Source: an uncultured virus (IMG/VR IMGVR_UViG_3300027770_000003) (lineage: Duplodnaviria; Heunggongvirae; Uroviricota; Caudoviricetes). From it: 36,582 nucleotides of DNA. The translations under genes and the position numbers were made by a program. Shown here one piece after another: positions 17,206 to 27,033 of the stretch; position 1 is the first letter of the stretch, and every line of letters begins with the position of its first letter. Location: the IMG/VR virus record IMGVR_UViG_3300027770_000003; one strand, written 5' to 3'. The notes under the pieces were generated by a model that had not been told where the DNA came from, made no database searches, and saw only the letters and a program-made list of their open reading frames with translations.

Positions 17206-18137
17206 TATGCAATCACCAAACTGCCTGAGGCTGTAAAAGTACGAATTGTGTAATCTTGAAAAGTTGTAGAAGTGCCGCCAGTAACAGTACGACCAGATGC
17301 AGCATAAGTTAAGTACCTGACAACGACAATGCCCGAACCTCCAGCACCACCGTTTGCGTAGTCACCACCGCCACCACCGCCTCCGCCAGTGTTTGCCGTA
17401 GCAGCACCGCCAGCACCAGAGTTAACGCCGTCTCCTCCCCCGCCAACGCCACCAAAGCCAGGTATTGTTCCACCGCCACCAGAACCTCCGCCAGCATAAT
17501 GCGTGGCAGTACCAGAAATGTTTGAAACAATACCAGGACCACCAAAACCAGCGCCAGTATCAAGACCACCAAATCCTGGTCCGCCTGCGCCGCCACCTCC
17601 ACCACCTGGGGCTTGCAAAGAATGTCCACCACGGTTTCCTTGACCTGCGGTTCCCGCACCACCACGAACCAAATATCCGCCACCACCACCTGAACCACCC
17701 GAAGCACCAACACCCTGCAAACCACCACCAGCACCACCGCCAGTAGCAGTAACAGAAGAAAATACAGAGTTTGAACCATTCACAGCGGTAGACCCACCAG
17801 AGTTTCCAGCACCACCACCAGTTCCACCTGCACCTCCAGGACCGATAGTAACCGTATATGTTCCTACTGGACAAGGGAGCGTTCCAAACAAAACACCGCC
17901 ACCACCACCACCACCACCAACTCGCCAACCTGCGCCACCGCCTCCAGCGACAACTAAATACTCAACCGACAACACAGGGATATTTATAATTCCGTTAGAC
18001 CATCCAGTGGATAAATAGGTTCTTATAAAATTTGTATCTGTCTCAAAGATAATCATACCTATGTATGGGTTCGCAGGACGATTAGATGAAGTACACACGC
18101 CAGGCTTCAGTCCTTTAGAAGTTGCTGAGATTGTCAT
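17205..18137 (-). CDS. glycine-rich putative tail/receptor-binding protein
   Basis: Same architecture as 16219..17205. Confidence 0.8.
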   Translation of the reverse strand: MTISATSKGLKPGVCTSSNRPANPYIGMIIFETDTNFIRTYLSTGWSNGIINIPVLSVEYLVVAGGGGAGWRVGGGGGGGGVLFGTLPCPVGTYTVTIGPGGAGGTGGGAGNSGGSTAVNGSNSVFSSVTATGGGAGGGLQGVGASGGSGGGGGYLVRGGAGTAGQGNRGGHSLQAPGGGGGGAGGPGFGGLDTGAGFGGPGIVSNISGTATHYAGGGSGGGGTIPGFGGVGGGGDGVNSGAGGAATANTGGGGGGGGDYANGGAGGSGIVVVRYLTYAASGRTVTGGTSTTFQDYTIRTFTASGSLVIA

Positions 18138-19084
18138 GCTATTACCAAACTACCAGAGGCTGTGAAAGTATGGATTCTATAAGAACCTGATGTGGTGATG
18201 GTCCCCCCTGTTGCAGAACCATCTGCCGTTAAATAGCGAACAATAACGACACCTGAACCACCGCTCCCCAATGAACCACCACCGCCACCACCAGTGTTCG
18301 CCGTACCCGCAACACCACTACCATTATATAAAGCGGCTCCACCACCGCCAGATCCACCACTTCCTTGGGTTCCACTGATGGTTGCACCGCCGCCGCCACC
18401 AGCACGAGTTACTGCTGTACCTGTGATTGAACTTGCTAAACCAACACCGCCAGTGCCTCCAGTAAGGGAAGAAGCATTTCCACCAACAGCGCCTGCGCCA
18501 CCTCCACCGCCAGCAGGACCATACCCATCTTGTGGGAATTCTTGACCACCAGCAAAACCTTGATTTGCAGTGCCCGATCCAGAGTCTTTAGTGCCGCTGT
18601 TCCCTGTTCCTCCCGCACCACCGCCAGAACCTCCAGTAAGGCCATTATTTTCGGATGGGCCTCCATAGCCACCACCGAGTGCTGTAATCGTAGAAAAAAC
18701 CGAATTAGAACCACTTGTGGCATTACCTACTCCACCAGCACCGATAGTTACCGTATATGTGCCAGTAACAAGCCTCATTGCCGCTTCGGCACTAGCGCCA
18801 CCACCAGAGGTAGCACCTACAACATTTGTACGGTAGCCTCCAGCACCACCGCCACCTCCGTAACTAGTACCACCCGATCCACCACCCGCAATAACAAGAT
18901 ACTCAACGGATAGAGATCGGCTATGTGTTGTACCGTCAGACCAACCAGTAGATAAATATACTTTCATTAAATTCGTGTCAGTCTCAAAGATGGTTTGACC
19001 AACATAAGGTGCGGCAGGGCGAGTAGAACTGGTACATACACCTGGCTTTAAAGAGCCAATGCCGAGACCTTCAGAGAATCCCAT
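18134..19084 (-). CDS. glycine-rich putative tail/receptor-binding protein
   Basis: Same architecture as 16219..17205. Confidence 0.8.
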   Translation of the reverse strand: MGFSEGLGIGSLKPGVCTSSTRPAAPYVGQTIFETDTNLMKVYLSTGWSDGTTHSRSLSVEYLVIAGGGSGGTSYGGGGGAGGYRTNVVGATSGGGASAEAAMRLVTGTYTVTIGAGGVGNATSGSNSVFSTITALGGGYGGPSENNGLTGGSGGGAGGTGNSGTKDSGSGTANQGFAGGQEFPQDGYGPAGGGGGAGAVGGNASSLTGGTGGVGLASSITGTAVTRAGGGGGATISGTQGSGGSGGGGAALYNGSGVAGTANTGGGGGGSLGSGGSGVVIVRYLTADGSATGGTITTSGSYRIHTFTASGSLVIA

Positions 19085-19087
19085 AAA

Positions 19088-19423
19088 TTAGTTTGTCTTA
19101 TCCCAGCCGACTACCGTGACCGTAACTTTAGATGCTGTATCTGATAAACCTTGTAATGTCTCCGTTGTGTTAAGAACGAGGGCGGTATCCCATACCATGA
19201 GATCGTTTGCGCCAATAGGTAGCGCTGACATGATTTGGTTTGCACCTGTAGCCGCCGAACCAATAGCCAAAGTCACATTACGATCCACAGTATCTGTATT
19301 AGAAATGATGATCTGTTTCACTACATAGGTATGACCCGCTGTTACGGTGCATAAGGTAGTGGTGGATGTACCTAACTGTGTTGGGCCGCCTAAACGTGCT
19401 TCTGCTCTGTCGCCTGATGCCAT
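19088..19423 (-). CDS. tail fibre adaptor-like protein
   Basis: Beta-rich; start set at MASGDR, just after the upstream stop. Confidence 0.7.
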   Translation of the reverse strand: MASGDRAEARLGGPTQLGTSTTTLCTVTAGHTYVVKQIIISNTDTVDRNVTLAIGSAATGANQIMSALPIGANDLMVWDTALVLNTTETLQGLSDTASKVTVTVVGWDKTN

Positions 19424-19424
19424 A

Positions 19425-19739
19425 TTACGCTCCAATACTCATTGTCATTATGGCACCTTCTGTGCTGGTAGATAAACCACCTGATGGTGGAATAAATGCC
19501 CATTTAACGCCTGCTGTGGTGGTGGAATCCGCCGTTAACACATAAGCATTAGTTGCACCTGTTGCCAATTTTGCCGCCGTTATAGCGTTAGTAGCAATTT
19601 TATCAGTAGTTACTGCACCCGTAGCAATTGAGGATTCGCCCAAGACGATAACCCATGCTGTGCCATTGTATTTCCACGTAGTAGTACCAACAGTGAATTG
19701 GTCGTTGGTGGATGGTGAGTTAGGGAAATCTATAGCCAT
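19425..19739 (-). CDS. short tail fibre protein with IDFPNSP N-terminus
   Basis: MAIDFPNSP..., AVTTDKIA repeats, VLTADS..GVKW. Confidence 0.75.
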   Translation of the reverse strand: MAIDFPNSPSTNDQFTVGTTTWKYNGTAWVIVLGESSIATGAVTTDKIATNAITAAKLATGATNAYVLTADSTTTAGVKWAFIPPSGGLSTSTEGAIMTMSIGA

Positions 19740-21160
19740 TATGCAATCACCAAACTTCCTGAAGCAGTGAATGTACGAACCGTGTATAAACCATCAGTAG
19801 TAACAGTTCCACCTGTAACAGTTTTAGTAGACAGAGAAGAAGTAAGATAGCGCATAATAAAAATACCTGACCCTCCAGCACCTCCAGAACCGCCAGCGTA
19901 TGTCCAACCGCCACCGCCACCGCCACCAGTGTTGGCTGTACCAGCACCACCACCGTTGTAACCACCAGCACCTCCGCCACCCGCACCACCAGAGCCGCCA
20001 CCAGAGCCGTATCCGCCGCCTCCGCCGCCAGCATACGTAACGGATGTTCCTGTTATTGAAGATGCTGCACCAGTTCCGCCGTCGTAGCCACTGCCAACAG
20101 CGCCTGCACCACCACCACCACCGCCACCATTACCATTACCATTTGCTCCATTGTAACCCTGTCTTGGTGGACCCACTGTCCCAAGACCACCGTCAAAACT
20201 TCCCGCCACATAGTTTTGACCACCACCACCAGAGCCACCATTACCTGCGGCTGTGACTGGGTTGCTACATGCACCACGTCCTCCACCGATTGCGGTTAAA
20301 CCAAAAGCGGTAGAGTTTACTCCACTATTTCCAGCACTTGTTACACCCACACCAGCACCACCAGCACCAATAACTATGGAATAAGTATTATTTGAAGTAA
20401 TCATGGCTGTAGAAGCAAGAAGCCCACCTGCACCTCCACCGCCAGCAGTTCCACCAGAACCACTACCGCCACCTGCAACCAATAGGTAATCATAAGAAAT
20501 ACCTGCCGTATTAAAAGAAACAGCGACTGACTCGGAAGCCCCCGTTCCCAAAGCATTTATTGCTTTAAGTTTTACATAATAAGCATTGGCTGCGCCAAGC
20601 CCTGTAATTGTTATCGGGCTTGATGGGTCGGCTGGAGATAACGTCGTATATGAACCATATGTTGTGCCTCCATCCGTGGAAAGCGCATACGCATAATTTA
20701 TAATGTCTGAGCCACCGTCAGCACCTGCTGTAAAAGTAAAAGTAGCCGTAGTGGTTGTGGGAGAGCCTGATACCGCCACAGAGGAAGGGGCGGCTGTTGG
20801 TACTGTCGTAATGGCAGAAACCCACGCACTTCCGTTCCATCGCTGTAAAGCGGTTGTATCAGTAAGAAAAATGAATTGACCGTTAAAAGGTGACGGGATA
20901 ACAGCCGAACGGTTAGCAGTAGTGGTGACTGTAATTCCTGATAGCCCAGAAGCAAGTTTTGCTTGAGTTACTGCGCCATCGTTAATCTTTGCCTCAGTTA
21001 CAGCATTAGAAGCAATCTTTGCCGCTGTTACTTCACTTGTAGGAATAGTATAAGAGTTAGCAGTAATGAGGTTCCAAGTGGTGCCGTTAAAGATCCACTT
21101 TTTTCCACCTGACGTGAAAGAATCATTTGTGGCTGGTGAGTTAGGGAAATCTATAGCCAT
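19739..21160 (-). CDS. glycine-rich tail protein with FN3-like domain
   Basis: IDFPNSP N-terminus, VTxAKI repeats, FN3-like DGGSDIINY...ITGL...YYVKLKAINALG, Gly-rich C-terminal domain. Confidence 0.8.
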   Translation of the reverse strand: MAIDFPNSPATNDSFTSGGKKWIFNGTTWNLITANSYTIPTSEVTAAKIASNAVTEAKINDGAVTQAKLASGLSGITVTTTANRSAVIPSPFNGQFIFLTDTTALQRWNGSAWVSAITTVPTAAPSSVAVSGSPTTTTATFTFTAGADGGSDIINYAYALSTDGGTTYGSYTTLSPADPSSPITITGLGAANAYYVKLKAINALGTGASESVAVSFNTAGISYDYLLVAGGGSGSGGTAGGGGAGGLLASTAMITSNNTYSIVIGAGGAGVGVTSAGNSGVNSTAFGLTAIGGGRGACSNPVTAAGNGGSGGGGQNYVAGSFDGGLGTVGPPRQGYNGANGNGNGGGGGGGAGAVGSGYDGGTGAASSITGTSVTYAGGGGGGYGSGGGSGGAGGGGAGGYNGGGAGTANTGGGGGGGWTYAGGSGGAGGSGIFIMRYLTSSLSTKTVTGGTVTTDGLYTVRTFTASGSLVIA

Positions 21161-21161
21161 A

Positions 21162-22340
21162 CTAAGATATTACTAGGCTTCCTGTTGCAGTAAATGTACG
21201 AACGGTATATGAGCCTGATGTAGTAGCAGTGCCACCAGTAATTGTGTAGCCACTTGCGGATGCAGTTAGGTATTGCAAAATGACTACACCAGAGCCACCA
21301 CTACCTGCTGCTACTTCACTACCGCCACCGCCACCGCCTGTGTTCGCTGTACCAGAAGCGCCACCTGTACTAAGAGCACCACCAGCACCGCCACCACCTT
21401 TTCCACCAGCACCAGCAGTATAGCAATAAGCATACCCAGCAACAGTACCGCCTCCGCCTCCACCACCAGCAAGCCAGTATGCACCACTAGATAATTGTCC
21501 TGTTGTGGAACCAGTTATTGGGTTTTCTCTACCAATACCTCCTGCGCCTGCGACGTTGCCAGTGCGTGAAGCATTCCCACCTACTCCTCCCGCACCACCT
21601 CCACCACCTCCACCACCATTTCCGCTTTCATCAAGGTCGGTTGCTGTCCCTCCTGCGTAACCTTCAACTGGGCTATAACCACCAAGGTTGCCAGAACCAC
21701 CCGTAAGTGACTGTCTAATACTTCCGCCAGCACCAGAACCACCAGCGCTACCAACCGCAAAGAAATTTGCTTTTCCTCCACCAGATGCATAAATGGTATT
21801 AAACCTAGAGTCAGATCCATTGCCACTTCCTGTACCACCACTACCGCCATTACCACCTGCACCTACAGTTACTGTGTATGTGCCTGCGAGTAGGTCAGTT
21901 GTGCTAGTCCTAAAGCCTCCAGCACCTCCACCACCGCCACGAGTGTCAATAGCCCCACCACCACCAGCGACAACAACGTATTGAACGGAAACGGCAACTA
22001 CATGGCTTGTCCCTGTGCTCCAACTAGTCCCCAACCAAAACTTCTGTTTGTTGGTATCAGTTTCAAAAATGGTTTGCCCTGTAAAAGGTGAAGCAGGTTT
22101 TGTTGACGAGGTACAAACCGTAACTACAGGAACTGTAGAAGCAAGTTTTGCTGAAGTTATTGTACTGTCGGCAATTTTAGCGGCTGTTACAGCACTAGCC
22201 GCTAACTCGGTTGTACCGACAGAACCAGCCGCCGCAACCGTTCCAGTAATTTCCCAAATCGTTCCTGACCATGACCAAGTACGTGCACCTACCGTGTAGG
22301 TATCACCAACGCTTGGAGAGGCGGGAAAAGTAAGGGACAT
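21162..22340 (-). CDS. glycine-rich putative tail/receptor-binding protein
   Basis: LTFPASP N-terminus, VCTSSTKPASP module, Gly-rich domain. Confidence 0.8.
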   Translation of the reverse strand: MSLTFPASPSVGDTYTVGARTWSWSGTIWEITGTVAAAGSVGTTELAASAVTAAKIADSTITSAKLASTVPVVTVCTSSTKPASPFTGQTIFETDTNKQKFWLGTSWSTGTSHVVAVSVQYVVVAGGGGAIDTRGGGGGAGGFRTSTTDLLAGTYTVTVGAGGNGGSGGTGSGNGSDSRFNTIYASGGGKANFFAVGSAGGSGAGGSIRQSLTGGSGNLGGYSPVEGYAGGTATDLDESGNGGGGGGGGAGGVGGNASRTGNVAGAGGIGRENPITGSTTGQLSSGAYWLAGGGGGGGTVAGYAYCYTAGAGGKGGGGAGGALSTGGASGTANTGGGGGGSEVAAGSGGSGVVILQYLTASASGYTITGGTATTSGSYTVRTFTATGSLVIS

Positions 22341-22343
22341 CTA

Positions 22344-22712
22344 TTATTCCGAAGGAATAACGATTTCCACCCACTCTTGCTCTTCTTCATCCCAACTGTA
22401 CATACCCTCTGCTGGGCGGGCAACTGGTGCTTCCCATTCAGTGGTTTCTGTATTAAGCGTCCAAGAAGGGAAAGGTTTAGGGGCGATGTATGCATTTAGA
22501 GCGGAATCATATTTGTAACCAATACCTGCATAGCGGGCACGCATGTTGCCGTTGTACGAGGTTTGCTTCCATGTTCCACCCAGCAGATTGCGACAGAATT
22601 CAGCGCCTACAGCCTCTGATTCGCTTCCTGCGCCATCTTTGCAATCATCATTGGATACCACGATGACTCGCAATACAATGTTGTCTTCGCCAATTTCAGC
22701 AAAATGTGCCAT
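22344..22712 (-). CDS. tail fibre assembly/chaperone-like protein (MAHFA family)
   Basis: AAGGAG SD; paralogue of 12626..13021. Confidence 0.7.
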   Translation of the reverse strand: MAHFAEIGEDNIVLRVIVVSNDDCKDGAGSESEAVGAEFCRNLLGGTWKQTSYNGNMRARYAGIGYKYDSALNAYIAPKPFPSWTLNTETTEWEAPVARPAEGMYSWDEEEQEWVEIVIPSE

Positions 22713-22724
22713 GTTTATTTCTCC

Positions 22725-23612
22725 TTAGAAGGTTATGCTGCCTGATGCAGTAAAAGTATATATCCTGTAGCCACCTGTTGTTGTTATGGTTGGGGAGCCT
22801 GTTGTTGATGTTGCAACAAGGTATGCGTCTGGATAACGAACAATTACAATTCCAGAACCGCCACTGCCAGCGTTTACCCCGCAATTACCCGTTATTCCTC
22901 CTGCACCACCGCCACCACCACCAGTGTTCGTGGATCCTGCGCTTGCGCTGCTGCATCCAGAGTTGGCATTACCACCACCTCCGTTGCCCCCAGCGCCACC
23001 AACACCAGTACTATGTCCTCCACCACCACCACCGCCTGCACGAAATACGGCAGAACCAGTTATGGAGGAAGAAACTCCCGATCCACCATCTCCACCTGCA
23101 CTACCATTGCCTCCCGCTCCGCTCGCTCCAGCACCACCACCTCCGCCAGCATTCATACCTGAAGCAGTACCACCGCTATTCCCTTCTCCTGCTGTTCCAC
23201 CCGCACCACCACCACCAGAACGCCCTCCACCTCCGCCAGAACCTCCACCCCCTGCTGCACCATTATCTCCACCACCATTACCACCACCAGTGCTACTAAT
23301 ACCAAACGCCGAAGATGCTGTTCCTGCACCTGCGCCACCACCTCCACCGCCAACCGTGACAGTGTAAGTGGAAGTACCTGTACTAACAGTTCCTGATTTC
23401 AGACCGCCAGCGCCACCACCACCTCCTCCAGCCCATGTGCCACCACCACCTCCTCCAGCAATTATGAGATATTCAAATGTTGGTGGCTTCATTGTGGCCC
23501 AGTTACCCGCTTGTACTTCCCTTTGTACGTCAGAGGTAGACCAAATACCAGATGCAGAAAGGGGGCCAACAGCCTTCTTTGCTCCTAGCATCCCACCATT
23601 ACCTCTAGGCAT
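22725..23612 (-). CDS. glycine-rich putative tail/receptor-binding protein
   Basis: FEYLIIAGGGG ... GGSGIVIVRY ... YRIYTFTASGSI. Confidence 0.8.
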   Translation of the reverse strand: MPRGNGGMLGAKKAVGPLSASGIWSTSDVQREVQAGNWATMKPPTFEYLIIAGGGGGGTWAGGGGGGAGGLKSGTVSTGTSTYTVTVGGGGGGAGAGTASSAFGISSTGGGNGGGDNGAAGGGGSGGGGGRSGGGGAGGTAGEGNSGGTASGMNAGGGGGAGASGAGGNGSAGGDGGSGVSSSITGSAVFRAGGGGGGGHSTGVGGAGGNGGGGNANSGCSSASAGSTNTGGGGGGAGGITGNCGVNAGSGGSGIVIVRYPDAYLVATSTTGSPTITTTGGYRIYTFTASGSITF

Positions 23613-23613
23613 A

Positions 23614-23967
23614 TTAGGAAATTACCTCGTAGGAACATATTGCTTCTAGTTTAAGAGTTGTGCTACCAAGTGCCCTAATAGAGTCGCCTTCTTCAAGGTA
23701 AATGGCTTTGGACAAAATGTCTAGGGTTGCACCCGCAGGAACAACGACTTGGTAAGCAAGACGGTAAGCAGTAGAAGAACGGAATAAATCAAGTGTCACC
23801 GTGAAAGCAGTAGCACCATCTACGTTAGCAACATACAACGAGTTGACTTTGTAGACTTGTCCACTGGCTGCTGAGTTTGTAACAATTGCAACTGCCGAAG
23901 CGGTAAGTGCAAGAACTGCTGTCTTGCCTGTAATCGTTGTTACTCCTACGATGTTTGGTGCTGCCAT
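23614..23967 (-). CDS. tail fibre adaptor-like protein
   Basis: 117 aa beta-rich ORF with GGAGG SD. Confidence 0.7.
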   Translation of the reverse strand: MAAPNIVGVTTITGKTAVLALTASAVAIVTNSAASGQVYKVNSLYVANVDGATAFTVTLDLFRSSTAYRLAYQVVVPAGATLDILSKAIYLEEGDSIRALGSTTLKLEAICSYEVIS

Positions 23968-23970
23968 AAT

Positions 23971-25227
23971 CTATCCTCCGAATACAATTGCCATTGCAAT
24001 TGCCTTTCCTGTTGTTGCGTATGTTGTTGGGGTAGCCCATTTTAGACCAGTTGCTGTGGATGAATCTACAGTAAGAACTTGGTTTGCCGAACCCGCCGTA
24101 AGACCACCAAGTGTGTTATCAGCAGTTCCGACAAGCAGGTCGCCCTTGGCATTAATAGTGTTTACGAGAGCGCTAAAAGGTGATGCGCCAACTTCAATCC
24201 AGTTTGTTCCGTAATAGACATAAGTTCCACCCGTGAGGGAGTTAAACCAGATTTGTCCAGAAACAGGTGATGCTGGGGCGGAATCTTGCACACTGGCAGT
24301 TACACCTGATGCACCGATTTCAATCCACGAAGAATCGTAATAAACAAATGTTTGAGCAGTATCGGTATTAAACCACATACTTCCTTCAAGAGGTGACGCT
24401 GGTGCGGAAGAACTGGATACCATTCGTGCGCCCGTACCAACACCGCCGACTTCAATCCAAGATGAGTCATAGTAAACAAATGTTTTACCATTAGTTGATT
24501 GGAACCATAATTGACCTGCCAAAGGTGATGCTGGGGCTGTATCAGAGATAGTTGCGCCACCAATAATGGTTTCAGCAACCCAAGCACTACCGTTCCACTT
24601 TAAGAATTGCCCAGACGATGGTGATGCTACAGAAACATCACCAATGTCATCCAAGGTGTTAATAGTTGGAATAGTTCCGTTAATCCAGCGAGTTCCATCA
24701 AACTTTAAGAATTGACCATTAACTGGAGTTGTAAGAACAACATCAGAAAGATCAGTTAAGTCTTCTACGAGGTCTGGCACACCACTTGCTTGTAGCCAAC
24801 TGCTGTCGTAATAGATGTACGTTTCTAGTGTTGTTGAGTTAAACCAAAGGTCTCCCTCTGATGGAGAAGCGGGTGCGGTGGCAGAAACTTCTAGACTTGC
24901 TCCTCCACCAAAAGATGCTGAGGCAGATCCAAATTTAGTACCATTAAATACTAAGATGTCATTGAGGGCTGCACCTGTGGTATCAATCTCAATGTTGTCT
25001 ACAAAAAGTGTTGGAGTCTTAAAAGTGTCATCAGTACGAAGAACATCGGCAGCATCACGATAAAGGTTTACATCACCAGTAGCCCCACCTGAACCCCAAA
25101 CAAGGCGACCACCTGCTTCAACTTTTAAACGAGCATAGGTATCGGCATTAACATAGACGGTTACGGCATCAGAACCAGCAGAAACAAGTTGCTTGACAGT
25201 AATAGGTACTGTAAATTTCTGTGCCAC
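23971..25227 (-). CDS. tail fibre protein with internal repeats
   Basis: Four APASP..G..WF....T..YY...W repeats and two L.D..DV...P..GQFLK..G..W repeats. Confidence 0.8.
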   Translation of the reverse strand: MAQKFTVPITVKQLVSAGSDAVTVYVNADTYARLKVEAGGRLVWGSGGATGDVNLYRDAADVLRTDDTFKTPTLFVDNIEIDTTGAALNDILVFNGTKFGSASASFGGGASLEVSATAPASPSEGDLWFNSTTLETYIYYDSSWLQASGVPDLVEDLTDLSDVVLTTPVNGQFLKFDGTRWINGTIPTINTLDDIGDVSVASPSSGQFLKWNGSAWVAETIIGGATISDTAPASPLAGQLWFQSTNGKTFVYYDSSWIEVGGVGTGARMVSSSSAPASPLEGSMWFNTDTAQTFVYYDSSWIEIGASGVTASVQDSAPASPVSGQIWFNSLTGGTYVYYGTNWIEVGASPFSALVNTINAKGDLLVGTADNTLGGLTAGSANQVLTVDSSTATGLKWATPTTYATTGKAIAMAIVFGG

Positions 25228-25275
25228 GACCTCAATCGCTTCCTATGTTGTGACCCCGCAAGGTCTATTTAATTC

Positions 25276-26568
25276 TTAACCTACTACAACAATGGTGTAG
25301 TCGTTAGCGGCAATAGTCCCATAAAGCACCACTGAGAGTGTGTTGCTATTAGAACGGGTTACATCACCAATAACGGTTGCACCAGTTGATACTTCATAAA
25401 TTCCTACGTTTACATCAGTTGTACTAAAGTTGTGAGTAACAGTGGTAGTTGAAACTCCTGCAATGCTGGCGGCACAACCCTGTTTTGCTGTACGAGCAAG
25501 GGAAGGAGTGCTAGTTGTGCGACCTGATGCTTCACCTGAAGCCGATGCCAAGTTAGTGCGAGCAACCGCTTCAGTAGATGCACCAGTACCACCGTCTGTA
25601 ACAGCAACATCTGTACCGTTCCAAACACCTGTCGTAACTGTACCAAGAGTTGTAATGCTTGTTTGACCAACATATGATGCTGAGATGTCAATGCTGTCAG
25701 CGTTTGCTGTAATACGGTTAGTCGTACCAATAACATCAAGAGAGTTACCAGTCTTAGTAAGACCAGTACCTGCAATAACTTGACCAGCACCAGAAAATTG
25801 GGCAAACGCAAGGGCTGTAGTTCCAAGAACGATAGTATCGTTAGTTGTAAGTACCCAACCACTATCTGCGTATGCTGTACCCTCAGCAACAAATGTAAAA
25901 AATCCTGCTGTAACTTCAACAGAAGCATCACAGTCGGTTGCACGGGTTGGTGAGCCTGAAGCATTAACAGTGTAAATACCATTCTCAGAACCTGATACTT
26001 GATCCTTGATCAAGATACGGTCACCAGTTACTAGAGTTACACCATCAACAACAGAACCATTAACAAAACTTGAACTCAAAGTTCCAGCAACTGTGGTGGC
26101 TACTCTTACAGAGGCTTTAACATCAAGACCAGTACGGGCTGCATCTACATATAGTTTTGTTGCAGCATGGCTATCAGCCGTTGGGGCAGCAACACTGATG
26201 TTTCCGTTGCCATCACGTTTTGCCAATTTAGAAGCGGTTGCAGCATCAGTTGCATCTGTGAGCATCTGCCAGAAAGTAGTAGACAACAAACCTGCGTTGC
26301 TGGTGTCAGCAAGGTTAGGGGTAAGACTTACTGAACCATTAGATTCACTGACAGTAAGTGCGGTGGCGTAACTACCAGCAGCCGCAACAGAGTTAAGCAT
26401 TTTGCGCCAAGCGCTACCCGAGTACACCTTGATGGTGTCTTCGGTACTGTTATAGATGAGGCGGCCTTCAAAGTTATTACTTGATGGGTCAGTGCCCAAA
26501 ACCTCAAACTTGGCGTTAACCAGTTGATTCTGGTTGAGGTCAATGTTAGTTAGAAACTTTTGTGCCAT
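25276..26568 (-). CDS. tail fibre protein
   Basis: AATKLYVD, KASVRVATT...VDGVTLVTGDRILIKDQ..SENGIY, a common phage fibre domain. Confidence 0.8.
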   Translation of the reverse strand: MAQKFLTNIDLNQNQLVNAKFEVLGTDPSSNNFEGRLIYNSTEDTIKVYSGSAWRKMLNSVAAAGSYATALTVSESNGSVSLTPNLADTSNAGLLSTTFWQMLTDATDAATASKLAKRDGNGNISVAAPTADSHAATKLYVDAARTGLDVKASVRVATTVAGTLSSSFVNGSVVDGVTLVTGDRILIKDQVSGSENGIYTVNASGSPTRATDCDASVEVTAGFFTFVAEGTAYADSGWVLTTNDTIVLGTTALAFAQFSGAGQVIAGTGLTKTGNSLDVIGTTNRITANADSIDISASYVGQTSITTLGTVTTGVWNGTDVAVTDGGTGASTEAVARTNLASASGEASGRTTSTPSLARTAKQGCAASIAGVSTTTVTHNFSTTDVNVGIYEVSTGATVIGDVTRSNSNTLSVVLYGTIAANDYTIVVVG

Positions 26569-26577
26569 TAAACTTCC

Positions 26578-27033
26578 TTACGTGAGGTAAGCGAAACCAG
26601 AGAACGCTGTTGTAAAGTTTACTACAACTTGGGAGGTACTAGCATAGTTAACTTCCCCAAACACAACAGTTTTTGAACTATCTACAACTGAAACTGATGG
26701 ATACCCACCCAAAGCATGTGTGATCGTCCAAGTTGTGCCAGCAGTACCTTGAGTGTGGATGTGTCTAGCCGCTACAGGGTAAACAAGGTTAAGGATTTGG
26801 TTTGGGGCAATTCCTGTAATGTTTGCACTTGCCGTACCTGTGGTAACTGTCCCAATACTAAGAGTATTAGGAGGACCAGCAACACCTGGGTCACTAACGA
26901 GCAAATCTACAGTAGAGATTTCCCCAGTAACCAAAGACTCCTCAGAAACGGAATCTTGTAAAGTTACTGTGCTTTTTGCCGAAGTGACAATGACACTTGT
27001 GTCATCATCTAGAGTCAGGACATAATCAGCCAT
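26578..27033 (-). CDS. tail-module structural protein
   Basis: LSIGTVTTG...LNL, WTITHALGGYPSVSV; start set at MADYVL. Confidence 0.7.
   Translation of the reverse strand: MADYVLTLDDDTSVIVTSAKSTVTLQDSVSEESLVTGEISTVDLLVSDPGVAGPPNTLSIGTVTTGTASANITGIAPNQILNLVYPVAARHIHTQGTAGTTWTITHALGGYPSVSVVDSSKTVVFGEVNYASTSQVVVNFTTAFSGFAYLT

Noticed and set aside
16280..23649. Pro-rich and His-rich plus-strand ORFs (e.g. 16280..16876, 22924..23367)
   Set aside because: Antisense shadows of GGT/GGC-rich Gly codons.
25250..25266. Small hairpin between two fibre genes
   Set aside because: Five-base-pair stem with no U-tract; insufficient for a terminator.
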